Assembly: GCF_963921235.1 (NCBI RefSeq)
Contig: NC_086097.1
Location: forward strand, 67,768,001-67,832,000
Length of the DNA stretch: 64,000 bases
Direction: 5' to 3'
Source of the DNA: Mobula hypostoma
Lineage: Eukaryota
Shown here: positions 25,990 to 36,550 of the stretch, one piece after another
Position numbering within the stretch: the first letter of the stretch is position 1
Layout: every line of letters begins with the position of its first letter
Notes under the pieces: model-generated
The model's input: only the letters and a program-made list of their open reading frames with translations
Told to the model about the DNA's origin: nothing
Databases searched by the model: none
Made by a program: the position numbers and the translations under genes

Positions 25990-26745
25990 GAATCAGAATC
26001 AGGCTTAATGTCACCAGCATACTTCATGAAATTTGTTAACTTAGTGGCAGCAGTACAATGCAATACATGATGATATAAAAAATAAATCAATTACAGTAAG
26101 TATACATATGCATGTATATCAAATAGTTAAATTAAAAATACTGCAAAAACAGAAATAATAAAAATGAAGTAGTGTTTAAGGGTTCCATGTCCCTTTAGGA
26201 ATCAGATGGCAGAGGGCAAGAAATTGTGCCTAAATTGTTGAGTGTGTTCCTTCAGGCTTCTGTACCTCCTTCCTGATGGTAACAATGAGAAGAGGGCATG
26301 TCCTGGGTGGTGGGGGTCCTTCATGATGGACACCGCCTTTCTGAGTCACCACTCCTTGAAGATGCCTTGGAACTATGGAGGCTAGTACCCAAGATGGAGC
26401 TGACGAATTTTACAACTTTCTGTAGCTTCTTTCGATTCTGTGCAGTAGCTCCCTTCCACCCCTCCCCCATACCAGTCAGTGATGTAACCAGGCAGAATGC
26501 TCTCCATGGTACATCTGTAGAAGTTTTCAAGTGTCTTAGGCGACAAACCAAATCTCCTCAAATTCCCAATAAAATATAGCCACTGTCTTGCCTTCCTTAT
26601 AGCTGCATCAAAATGTTGGGACCAGGTGAGATCCACAGAGATCTTCTGCACCCAGGAATGTGAAATTGCTCACTCTCCCCACTTCTCATCTCTCTGTGAG
26701 GATTGGTTCGTGTCCCTTCATCCTACCCTTTCTGAGGTCCACAAT
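25990..26745 (-). mobile_element. Rex1/Babar LINE 3' portion
   Basis: ORF 26382-26651 reads DLTWSQHFDAAIRKARQWLYFIGNLRRFGLSPKTLENFYRCTMESIL. (GAATCA)n tail at about 25990. Confidence 0.85.
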
Positions 26746-27263
26746 TGGTGCTCCATATTGTTCGAGAAGGTCACATAAGAAGATAAAATTTCACATGTGA
26801 AGTCCACAGGATACCATTGATGAGCTTTTCAGTTAACTATTGCACTGTAATTGACATTGTTGGTTTCAATACAGTAATCCCTGCCATTGTCACTAATAAC
26901 ACAACTATTATAATTTTTGCAGGTAGGTCTTAAAGGATCATGCAATAGCATGGGCACACTGAATCTATATAGTGATGCCAATGAATAAATGGAAGTTATG
27001 ATGATGTGGAAGTATGGGGATGAGTTACATTTCATTGTTCAATTAATAAGAACTGAAGTTATTTGGAAGTTGAAATTTTCACTGCTTTTGAATTTTGCAT
27101 GTTGCATTGCCATGGATATAATTTGGGAAAGTTTTATTCCATCAAAACAATGCTAGAGAGAATGAGAACAACAGGGATTCTGCAGATGCTGGAAATTCAA
27201 GCAACACACATAAAAGTTGCTGGTGAATGCAGCAGGCCAGGCAGCATCTCTAGGAAGAGGTAC

Positions 27264-27299
27264 AGTCGATGTTTCAGGCCGAGACCTTTCGTCAGGACT
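27264..27299 (-). ncRNA. Hammerhead ribozyme motif (left arm of the fold-back)
   Basis: AGUC-CUGACGA-AAGGucucggCCU-GAAA-CA-UC-GACU. Core boxes are intact; the stem III CG has mutated to CA. Confidence 0.7.
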
Positions 27300-27934
27300 A
27301 ACTGAAGGAAGAGGTAGTAAGAGATTTGAAAGTGGGAGGGGGAGGGGGAGATGCAAAATGATAGGAGGAGACAGGAGGGGGAGGGATGGAGCCAAGATCT
27401 GGACAGGTGATTGGCAAAAGGGATATGAGAGGATCATGGGACAGGAGGTCCGGGAAGAAAGACAAGGGGGGGGGGGGAACCCAGAAGATGGGCAAGGGTA
27501 TATTCAGAGGGCCAGAGGGAGAAAAAGGAGAGTGAGAGAAAGAATGTGTGTATAAAAATAAGTAACAGATTGGGTACGAGGGGGAAGTGGGGCATTAGCG
27601 GAAGTTAGGCATGAACATCAACTTCTCTAACTTCCGCTAATGCCCCACCTCCCCCTCGTACCCCATCTGTTACTTATTTTTATACACATATTCTTTCTCT
27701 CACTCTCCTTTTTCTCCCTCTGTCCCTCTGAATATACCCCTTGCCCATCATCTGGGTTCCCCCCCACCTTGTCTTTCTTCCCGGACCTCCTGTCCCATGA
27801 TCCACTCGTATCCCTTTTGCCAATCACCTGTCCAGATCTTGGCTCCATCCCTCCCCCTCCTGTCTTCTCCTATCATTTTGGATCTCCCCCTCCCCCTCCA
27901 ACTTTCAAATCTCTTATTCACTCTTCCTTCAGTT

Positions 27935-27970
27935 AGTCCTGACGAAGGGTCTCGGCCTGAAATGTCGACT
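27935..27970 (+). ncRNA. Hammerhead ribozyme motif (right arm of the fold-back)
   Basis: AGUC-CUGACGA-AGGGucucggCCU-GAAA-UG-UC-GACU. The CG has mutated to UG. Confidence 0.7.
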
Positions 27971-29070
27971 GTACCTCTTCCTAGAGATGCTGCCTGGCCT
28001 GCTGCGTTCACCAGCAACTTTGATGTGTGTTGCTAGAGAGAATGAGAATCAGTATGACGAATGGTGAGACAGACATCCAATTGCCACTAAAGCAATCAGA
28101 AATAAACTCAAAATTACTTTAACTCCAGGATAACTTGATTTGCAAAGCACTGCACTTTTTTTGCAGTTGTGTGAATGTATTTCTAACCTGCTGTCTTAAC
28201 AATCTCAAATCTTCTGATCTAGAAGTGAGCTTATTACTTCAGATCCAAACTGCTATGTGATGACAGGTAATAGGATAAGCTGTTAAAGTAAGGTCCTCAG
28301 AGAAACATTTTTCTCTTTCCTTCAAATGTAACCATGTAATATGTCAACAACATCTTCAATTTACATATCTTTCAAATAGAGAGAACTGAGCTAAGGTATT
28401 AAACAGAAGCATTATCAAACATTTGGCACCAAAATGCAGACAAAGGAATCAAGACTATTAACTAAAAGCTTGGTCAAAAACTTTAGGAAGCATCCTCCAT
28501 CTCCACTGCATCTGCTCTCAGGCTGAGCTTTTCATTCCAGAACAACTATGATGTCCTCCTCTTTCAAAGAAAGGGGCTTCCTTTCCTCCACCATCACCTG
28601 TATCTTCTATTTCACGCATGACTGCCCTCACCCCATTCTCCCACTGCCACACCAGGGTGAGGGTTTCCCTTGTCCTCACTACTACCTCACCAGCCTCTGC
28701 ATTCGGCACATAACTCTCTGTAACTTCCACCTTCTCCAACAGGATCCCGCCACCAAGCACATCTTTCCATCCCGCCCCCACCCCCCCCCCCACTTTCTAC
28801 ATTCTGCAGGAATCGCTCTCTCAATGCAACTTCACTTGTCCACTTGTCCCTCCCAACTGATCGCTCTCCTGGCACTTACCCGTGTAGGTAGAACAGGTGC
28901 CACACCAGCCCTTACACCTTCTCCTTCACAACCATTCAGGACCCCAAACATTCCTTTCAGGTGAGGCAACACTTCACCTGTGAGTCTGTTGGGGTCATCT
29001 ACTGTATCCAGTGCTTCTGGTACAGCCTCCTGTATATTGGTGAGACCCAATGTAGATTGGAAGACCGCTT

Positions 29071-30891
29071 CAATAGACAATAGACAATAGGTGCAGGAGT
29101 AGGCCATTCGGCCCTTCGAGCCAGCACCGCCATTCACTGTGATCATGGCTGATCATCTACAATCAGTATCCGGTTCCTGCCTTATCCCCATAACCTTTGA
29201 TTCCACTATCTTTAAGAGCTCTATCCATCTCTTTCTTGAAAGCATCCAGAGACTTGGTTTCCACAGCCTTCTGGTGCAGAGCATTCCATATATCCACCAC
29301 TCTCTGGGTGAAAAAGTTTTTCCTCAACTCTGTTCTAAATGGCCTACCCCTTATTCTTAAACTGTGGCCTCTGGTTCTGGACTCACCCATCAGCGGGAAC
29401 ATGCTTCTTGCCTCCAGTGTGTCCAATCCCTTAATAATCTTATATGTTTCAATAAGATCCCCTCTCAGCCTTCTAAATTCCAGAGTATACAAGCCCAGTC
29501 GCTCCAATCTTTCGACATATGACAGTCCCGCCATCCTGGGAATTAACCTTGTGAATCTACGTTGCACTCCCTCAATAGCAAGAATGCCCTTCCTCAAATT
29601 TGGAGACCAAAACTGCACACAGTACTCCAGGTGTGGTCTCACCAGGGCCCTGTACAGCTGCAGAAGGACCTCTTTGCTCTTATACTCAATTCCCCTTGTT
29701 ATGAAGGCCAGCATGCTATTAGCTTTGTTCACTGCCTGCTGTACTTGCATGCTTGCTTTTAGTGACTGATGTACAAGAACACCTAGATCTCGTTGTGCTT
29801 CCCCTTTTCCTAACTTGACTCCATTTAGATAATAATCTGCCTTCCTGTTCTTATCACCAAAATGGATAACCTCACATTTATCCACATTAAACTGCATCTG
29901 CCATGCATCTGCCCACTCACCCAGCCTGTCCAAGTCACCCTGCATTCTCATAGCATCCTCCTCACATTTCACACTGCCACCCAGCTTTGTGTCATCGGCA
30001 AATTTGCTAATGTTACTTTTAATTCCCTCATCTAAATCATTAATATATATTGTAAGCAGCTGCGGTCCCAGCACTGAACCCTGCGGTACCCCACTGGTCA
30101 CCGCCAGCCATTCCGAAAGGGGCCCATTAATCGCTACTCCTTGTTTTCTGTCAGCCAGCCAATTTTCAATCCATGTCAGTACTCTGCCCCCAATACCATG
30201 TGCCCTAATTTTGCCCATTAATCTCCTATGTGGGACTTCATCAAAGGCTTTCTGAAAGTCCAGGTACACTACATCCACTGGCTCTCCCTTGTCCATTTTC
30301 ATAGTTACATACTAAAAAAATTCCAGAAGATTAGTCAAGCACGATTTCCCCTTCGTAAATCCATGCTGACTTGGACCGATCCTGTTACTGCTATCCAGAT
30401 GTGTTGTAATTTCATCTTTTATAATTGACTCCAGCATCTTTCCCACCATCGACGTCAGGCTAATCAGTCTATAATTCCCTATTTTCTCTCTTCCTCCCTT
30501 CTTGAAGACAGGGACAACATTAGCCACCCTCCTGTCCACAGGAACTGATCCTGAATCTATAGAACATTGGTAAATGATTACCAATGCATCCACGATTTCT
30601 AAAGCCACCTCCTTAAGTACCCTGGGATGCAGACCATCAGGTCCCGGGGACTTATCAGCCTTCAGACCCAACAGTCTATCCAACACCATTTCCTGCCTAA
30701 TATAAATTTCCTTCAGTTCATCCATTACCCTAGGTTCTTTGGCCACTATTATATCCGGGAGATTGTTTGTGTCTTCCCTAGTGAAGACAGATCCAAAGTA
30801 CCTGTTCAACCCGTCTGCCATTTCCTTGTTCCCCATAATAAATTCACCCGCTTCTGTCTTTAAGGACCCAATTTTGGTCTTAACTATTTTT
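29071..30891 (-). mobile_element. Young 5'-truncated CR1 LINE nested in the Penelope GIY-YIG domain
   Basis: ORFs 30312-30896 and 29163-30302 are in one frame, separated by a single TAG (LLEFF*). (CAATAGA)n tail. TTCA duplicated at 29069-29072 and 30892-30895. Confidence 0.95.
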
Positions 30892-31395
30892 TTCATCGAG
30901 CAACTTCACTCTATCCATCACAAAAAGCAGGATTTCCAACTGGCCACCCATCCCAATTCTACTTCCTATTCCAACATGTCAGTCTGTGGTCTCCTCCACT
31001 GCCAGGATGAAGCCACACTCAGAATGGAGGAGCAATACCTTAAATTCTGTCTGGGTAGCCTCCAACCTGATGGCACGAACATCGATTTCTCGAACTTCTG
31101 GTAATTGCCCCCACCCCCCACTTCACCATTCCCTATTTTTGTTTCTCTCTCACACCTTCTTTTCTTACCTGCTTGTCACCTCCCTCTGGTGCTCCTCCCC
31201 CTTCCCTTTCTTCCATGGTCTTCTATTCTCTCCTATCAGATTCCCCCTTCTCCAGTCCTTTATCTCTTTCACCAATTAACTTCCCAGCTCTTTAATTCAC
31301 CCCTCCCCCTCCCCTGGTTTCACCCTTCAGTTTCCACCTGGTATCTCTTCCACCCCTGTCCCCACCTTCTTGCTCTGGCTTCTCCCCTTCCTTTC

Positions 31396-31433
31396 CAGTC
31401 CTGATGAAGGGTCTCAGCCAGAAATGTCGACTG
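31396..31433 (+). ncRNA. Hammerhead ribozyme motif in the Penelope 3' repeat
   Basis: CAGUC-CUGAUGA-AGGGucucagCCA-GAAA-UG-UC-GACUG. Lies ~290 nt after the GIY-YIG ORF stop on the same strand. Confidence 0.75.
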
Positions 31434-31814
31434 TTTACTTTTTTCCATAGAAGCTGCCTGGCCTGCTGAGTTCCCCCAGCATTTTGTGTGTGTTGCTTGA
31501 TGAGGAAAGGAGAGGATAGGTTTCATAGAAAATGTGAGGCTGGCAGGAGAGGATAGGAAGAATCAATGATAGAAATGAAGAAAAATGTTGGATGGGTGTT
31601 TCAAAGCAAAGGGGGTGATATTGGCAGCATTGTAGAAATAGGGGGAAAATAAGCCCCCTATAACATGGATACTTAGCAGAAAAGTCACCTTTGAGTCAAA
31701 TTTGGCATTAAGATTATGAGAATGGTCTTGTTCAGCTTTCAAGGTTTTCCCAGAAAGTTAATAATGCCCACGTCTACTGCAGGGGCCAAGGCTAAGAGCT
31801 GAAATATCTGCAAA

Positions 31815-31997
31815 AGATGTTGGAAATATTCACTAGGTCAGGCAGCAGGAAGGGAGTTAATGTTTCAGTTGAATGACCTTTCAGTAGAACTGAAATGTTG
31901 ACTTTGTCTTTCTCTCTCTGCAGATGCTGCCTGAAGTGTTGAATATTTCCATTAACATTCTGCTTTAACTTCAGATAATCATCTGTGGTTTTTTTGC
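31815..31997. mobile_element. Older Penelope-like mini fold-back with a decayed hammerhead (31855-31891, minus strand)
   Basis: ggaaatattcac…tcaggcagca is inverted against tgctgcctga…gaatatttcc. Minus strand reads AGTT-CTACTGA-AAGG…-GAAAC-ATT-AACT. Confidence 0.6.
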
Positions 31998-32047
31998 TTT
32001 TGCTCCAAATGTTTCATTTTAGAAATTCAAGTTCACCCAATATTAAA

Positions 32048-32445
32048 ACCATAAGACCATGGGAACAGAATTAGACCATTGAAGTCTGCTCCACCATTCA
32101 AGGGTGATTTATTATCCCTCTCAACTCCATTCTTCTGCCTTCTGCCTGTAACCTTTGAGCTTTGACTAATCAAGAACTGATCAACTCCACTTTAATCTCA
32201 TACTCAATGACTTGGCTTCTACAGATGCCTGGGGCAATGAATTCCACAGATTCATGACCCTCTGGCTAAAGAAATTCCTCCTCATCTCTGTTCTAAATGG
32301 ACATCCCTCTATTCTGAGGCTGTGCCCTCTGGTCCTAGACTCCCGCACCATAGAAAACATCCTCTCCACATCCACACCATCTAAACCTTTCAATATTCCA
32401 TAGGTTTTAAAAAGTTCCTTCCTCCTTATTCTTCTAAACTCCAGC
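32048..32445 (-). mobile_element. CR1 3' fragment
   Basis: LLEFRRIR…SRTRGHSLRIEGCPFRTEMRRNFFSQRVMNLWNSLPQ. (ACCATAAG)n-like tail at about 32048. Confidence 0.85.
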
Positions 32446-32583
32446 AGGTACGGGCCCATTGTTTGCCAAAAGATGTACCAAGTCTGCAACATACAGAAAA
32501 ATGGTGATAACATAGGGCTGAGCGCCACCAACATATTTGAAATTGGTGCAACTTTTTTGAAAACATATAGATGAAAAATAGAA

Positions 32584-32798
32584 TCACAAACAAGATAAAA
32601 ATCTGCAGATGCTGGAAATCCAAGCAACACACACAAAAAGCTGGAGGAACTCAGCAGGCCAGGCAGCATCGATAGATAAAAGTTCTGTTGATGTTTCGGT
32701 CCTGCCAAAGGGTCTCAGCCCGAAACGTCGACTGTACTCTCGTCCATAGCTCTGCCTGGCCTGTTGATTCCCTCTAGCATTTTGTGCGTGTTGCTTCA
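32584..32798. mobile_element. Miniature Penelope-like fold-back with a 13-bp target-site duplication
   Basis: An inverted 3' end (32584-32698) is joined to a sense copy starting at hammerhead stem I (32699). ATGAAAAATAGAA occurs at 32571-32583 and 32799-32811. Confidence 0.88.
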
Positions 32799-33234
32799 AT
32801 GAAAAATAGAAGCAGGCAAAGAGAGATTATAAAGTAAGTCCAGAGATAATAGTGTGGGAAGAGGAAGAAAAGCCACGGCAGAAATTGAGTAGGTTCCTAT
32901 TCAACCAATAAGAATGAAATCAATCATAAGCATTTCTTTTCAGCTGGGTAAGAGTCAAAGCATCAGAGAAAGCAGAGTTTGGCAAGGGCTGCTAATGGGT
33001 TACCAAAGATAAGTGGTATAAATCTCAAATTATTTACAATTCCAGTAAAGGTAGTTTCCAACCTGCAGTGAGATTAAGTAATTACGATCACAACATTGTT
33101 CTAAATATCAGGTTAGTACAAAGTGTATAATTAGAATTATAAATTATGCTTATGCTACGAAAGATTAAATAATGTAGTTTGTGGAAATATGAAATAAGAT
33201 CAGAAAACAATGACAACACTGAGGAAGATTGTAA

Positions 33235-35995
33235 GAGATATATAAGAATTAAGCCACTTGGCCCATCTTGTCTGCTTCACCATTTCATTGTGGCTGATAT
33301 ATCTCTCTCGCAGCCCCAATCTCCCACCTCCCCATATCACTTCATGCTCTGAATAATCAAGAATCTATCGATCTGTGCCTTAAATATACCCAATGACTTG
33401 GCCTCCACAGATTCACCACTGTTTGGTGAAAGAAATTCCTCCTCAACTTCATTCTAAAGGGATGTCCCTCTATTCTGAGGTGTGTTATCTGATCTTCGAC
33501 TCCCTCACCATAGGAAACATCCTCTCCACATCCACTCTACATCCACTCTATTGAAGTCTTAAACATTTGATAGGTTTCAGTGAGATCCCCACTCATTCTT
33601 CTGAATTCCTTTGAGTATAGACCCAGAGTTATCAAATGTTCATCATATGATAAGCCTTTCATTCCAGGAATCATTTTCGTGAGCTTCCTTTGAAACTACT
33701 CTAATGTCAGCACATCCTTTCTTACATCCATTCCATTATTCAAATCATTGACATATGATACAAAAAGCTGTCCCAACACATGACCCCTGTGGAATCACTG
33801 GTAGCCAAAGAGAAAAGACTCCCTTTATTCCCACTCTTTGCCTCCTGCTAATCAGCCAATGCTCCATCCATGCTTATATCTTTCTTGCAATACCATGGGC
33901 TCTTAACTTGTTAAGCAGCCTCACGCGTGGCACCTTGTCAAGGGCCTCCTTCGTCTGTCCTGCTTATTATTTCTTCAAATAATTCAAACAGATTTGTCAG
34001 GCAAGATTTTCCCTTAAGGAAACCATGCCAACTTTGGCCTATTTTATCGTGTGCCTCCAAGTACCCCCAAACTATATCCTTAACAATCGACTCCAACATC
34101 TTCCCAACCACTGAGGTCTGGCTAACTGGACTATAATTTCCTCTTTTTTTGGATCCCTCTCTCCTTGAGATGTAGAGTGACATTTGCAATTCTTCAGTCC
34201 TCCGGAACCATGCCATAACCCATTCTCTTGTCCGACATGGTTACATCACCCTGCCTTTAGAATACTACTTCTTTCCTGGTATGTGTCTATCCTGCGTCTT
34301 CTGAATTGCTCCCAGAAACTCCAGCCATTGCTTCTCTACCATCATCCCTGCTGGTGTTCCCTTCAAATCAATTTTGGCCAGCTCCTTTCTTGTGCCTCTG
34401 TAATTCCCTTGACTGTAATGACTTTAGCTTCCCCCTTTCAAATTACAGGGTGAATTCTATCGTATTATGATCACTGTTCCTTAAGGATTCCTTTGCCTTA
34501 AGCTCTCTAATCAGATTTGGTTAATTACACACACCCAATCTAGAATAGCTGATCCCCCAGTGGGCTCACTACAAGCTGCTCTAAAAAGCCATCTCATAGG
34601 CATTCTACAAATTCCCCCTCTTGGGACCCAGTATCAACCTGATTTTCCCAAGCTAACTGCATATTAAAATCCCCCATGACTATCATAATATTGGCCTTTT
34701 GGCATGCATTTTCTATCTCATTCAAATTTGTAGACCACATTTATGCTACTATTTGGAGGTCTGTATATAACTCCCATCAGTCTTTTTACCTTTGCAGTTT
34801 CTAATGATTCTACACCTTCCGATCATATGTCACCTCTTTCTAATGATTTGATTTCATTTTTTTTTAAATCAACAAAGCCACCCCATCCTCCTCTGCCTAT
34901 CCGCTTGTCCTTTCGATACAATGTGTACCCTAGGACATTAATCTCCCAGCTATTGTCTTCTTTCAGCCACAGTTCAGTGATGCCCACAAAGTCATACCTG
35001 CCAACCTGTAATTGTGCTACCAGTTAATTTACCTTATTCCTTGTACTGTGTACATGCAAATAACATCTCCAGTCCTGTATTCACCCTTTTCAATTTTGTT
35101 CCCCTTATACATTGCTACTCATCCTTTGGTCCTAGACTCTGGTTGACTGCAATGTTGCCCTATCATCAACCTCTCCTTATGAGCAGTCTCACTACATACT
35201 GCCTCTGTTCCTAAAAAAAAAACTGCCCAATCTTCAGCCCTTTCACTGTGGTTCCTATTACCCTGCCAGATTAGTTTAAACTCTCCCAAACAGCTCTAGC
35301 AAACCTGGCCGCAAGGATATTGGTCCCCTTCGGGTTCAGGTGTAACCTGTCACTTTAATACAGGTTGCACCTTCCCCAGAAGAGATCCCAATGATCCAGA
35401 AATATGAATGCCTGCCCCCTGCAGCAGTTCTTCAGCCGTGCATTCACTTGCCAAATCATCCTATTCTTACCCTTACTGGCGCATCCAGAGATTACTACCA
35501 TGAAAGTTCTGCTATTCAGCTTTCTACCCAGCTCCCTAAAATCCCTTTTCAGGACCTCCTTACCTTTCCTCCATATGTTATTGATGCCAATATTTACCAA
35601 GACTTCTAGGTGATCACCATCTCCCTTTAGAATGCTGTAGACCCAATCCGGGACATCTCTAACACTGGTAACATCCAGGTGTCTCTATCATGTCCACAGA
35701 AACTTGTCTCTATTCCTCTACCTATGGAATCTTCTAACACTACTCCTCTTCATCTCTCTTCTCATCTGATCCACAGCCCCAGACTCATTGCCAGAGACTT
35801 GGTCACTGCAGCTCCCCCGGTAGGTCGCTCCTCCCCCCTTAATAGTATCCAAAGTGTTCTTATTATTGAGGAGAGCAGCCACAGGGATACACAGCACTGG
35901 CTGCCCATTTCCTTTCCTTCTCCTAACAGACATCCAGTTTCCTGCCTCCTGCAATCCAGGGGAGATCACTTCCCTGTAGCTCCTATCTTTCACTA
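33235..35995 (-). mobile_element. Degenerate long CR1 LINE with internal deletions (ORF1 esterase to RT 3' end)
   Basis: ORF1 remnants 35355-35600 (FLDHWDLFWGRCNLY) and 35718-36008. ORF2 remnant HGFLKGKSCLTNLFE (33938-34216). 3'UTR at about 33240-33330. Confidence 0.85.
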
Positions 35996-36379
35996 AGACA
36001 GGCAGCATCAGTTGAGAATGTATGGTAGGGATAGTTTTTCAAACTTCCACAGAAATTCTTCACACAATATCAGATGCACAGAGGACCTAGAGCAAGAGTT
36101 TAGAAGTGCACATTTTGTTCAAATCTTTACGAGAGAATCTTGTCAGGTTTGTGAGCTAGCCTCCAAAATCTGAATATCCTTTCTCTGTTCCAGTCATGTA
36201 CTGGTTTGAAGACCAAATGATAACTCACAGACTTTCTCTCCATTGAGGAAACATGTCATAGCATGTTCAGAGCTGCCTGACACGAAATGACGGAGAATAC
36301 TGTATACTTACAGCCTGTTTATAAAATATCACACAACATTAAAGACATTAAATCAAAGCTATCAGTGCTATCATATCAT

Positions 36380-36550
36380 GTCCACAACTTACTAACACTA
36401 ACTCTAACTTACTAGTCTTTGAAGTGTGGGAGGAAACCAGAGGAAGTGCACACCGTGGTGGGGAGAACATACAAACTCTTTTCAGGCAGGGGCTGGAATG
36501 TTACTCCAATCCCACAGGTGGCGCTGTAACACTAACCACTATGTTACTGT
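36380..36550 (-). mobile_element. V-SINE-type SINE fragment
   Basis: gtctttgaagtgtgggaggaaaccagagg…ggggagaacatacaaactc is the reverse complement of the V-domain. Confidence 0.65.

Larger units (their letters stand above)
27169..28034. mobile_element. Penelope-like fold-back insertion (inverted terminal repeats) with target-site duplication
   Basis: Arms ~27200-27608 and 27627-28034 are reverse complements. The spacer and start of the right arm encode the GIY-YIG ORF end GMNINFSNFR*. Direct repeat TGCTAGAGAGAATGAGAA at 27151-27168 and 28031-28048. Confidence 0.92.
28495..31500 (+). mobile_element. 5'-truncated Penelope-like retroelement (RT thumb/linker, GIY-YIG endonuclease, 3' repeat), split by a CR1 insertion
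   Basis: MSSSFKERGF… (28548). GVIYCIQCFWYSLLYIGETQCRLEDRF (~28990-29071) resumes as IEQLHSIHHK…MEEQYLKFCLGSLQPDGTNIDFSNFW* (30895-31104). Followed by a pyrimidine-rich UTR and a hammerhead. Confidence 0.9.

Noticed and set aside
27217..28036. Cluster of overlapping 65-112 aa ORFs on both strands
   Set aside because: They are low-complexity purine/pyrimidine tracts of the Penelope terminal repeat, mirrored by the palindrome, and not genes.
29197..29769. 190-aa plus-strand ORF, and similar ones at 8164-8445, 8464-8868, 29989-30255 and 50947-51540
   Set aside because: These are antisense shadow frames of CR1 reverse transcriptase. They recur only because the element is repeated.
32181..32708. 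175-aa ORF that looks like a novel membrane protein fused to RT
   Set aside because: Chance read-through across a Penelope fold-back, unique DNA and a CR1 fragment. No splice or promoter support.
36508..36527. CTCF-like site CCCACAGGTGGCGCTG
   Set aside because: It has mismatches in the 5' core and lies in a decayed SINE. It cannot be supported without ChIP data.
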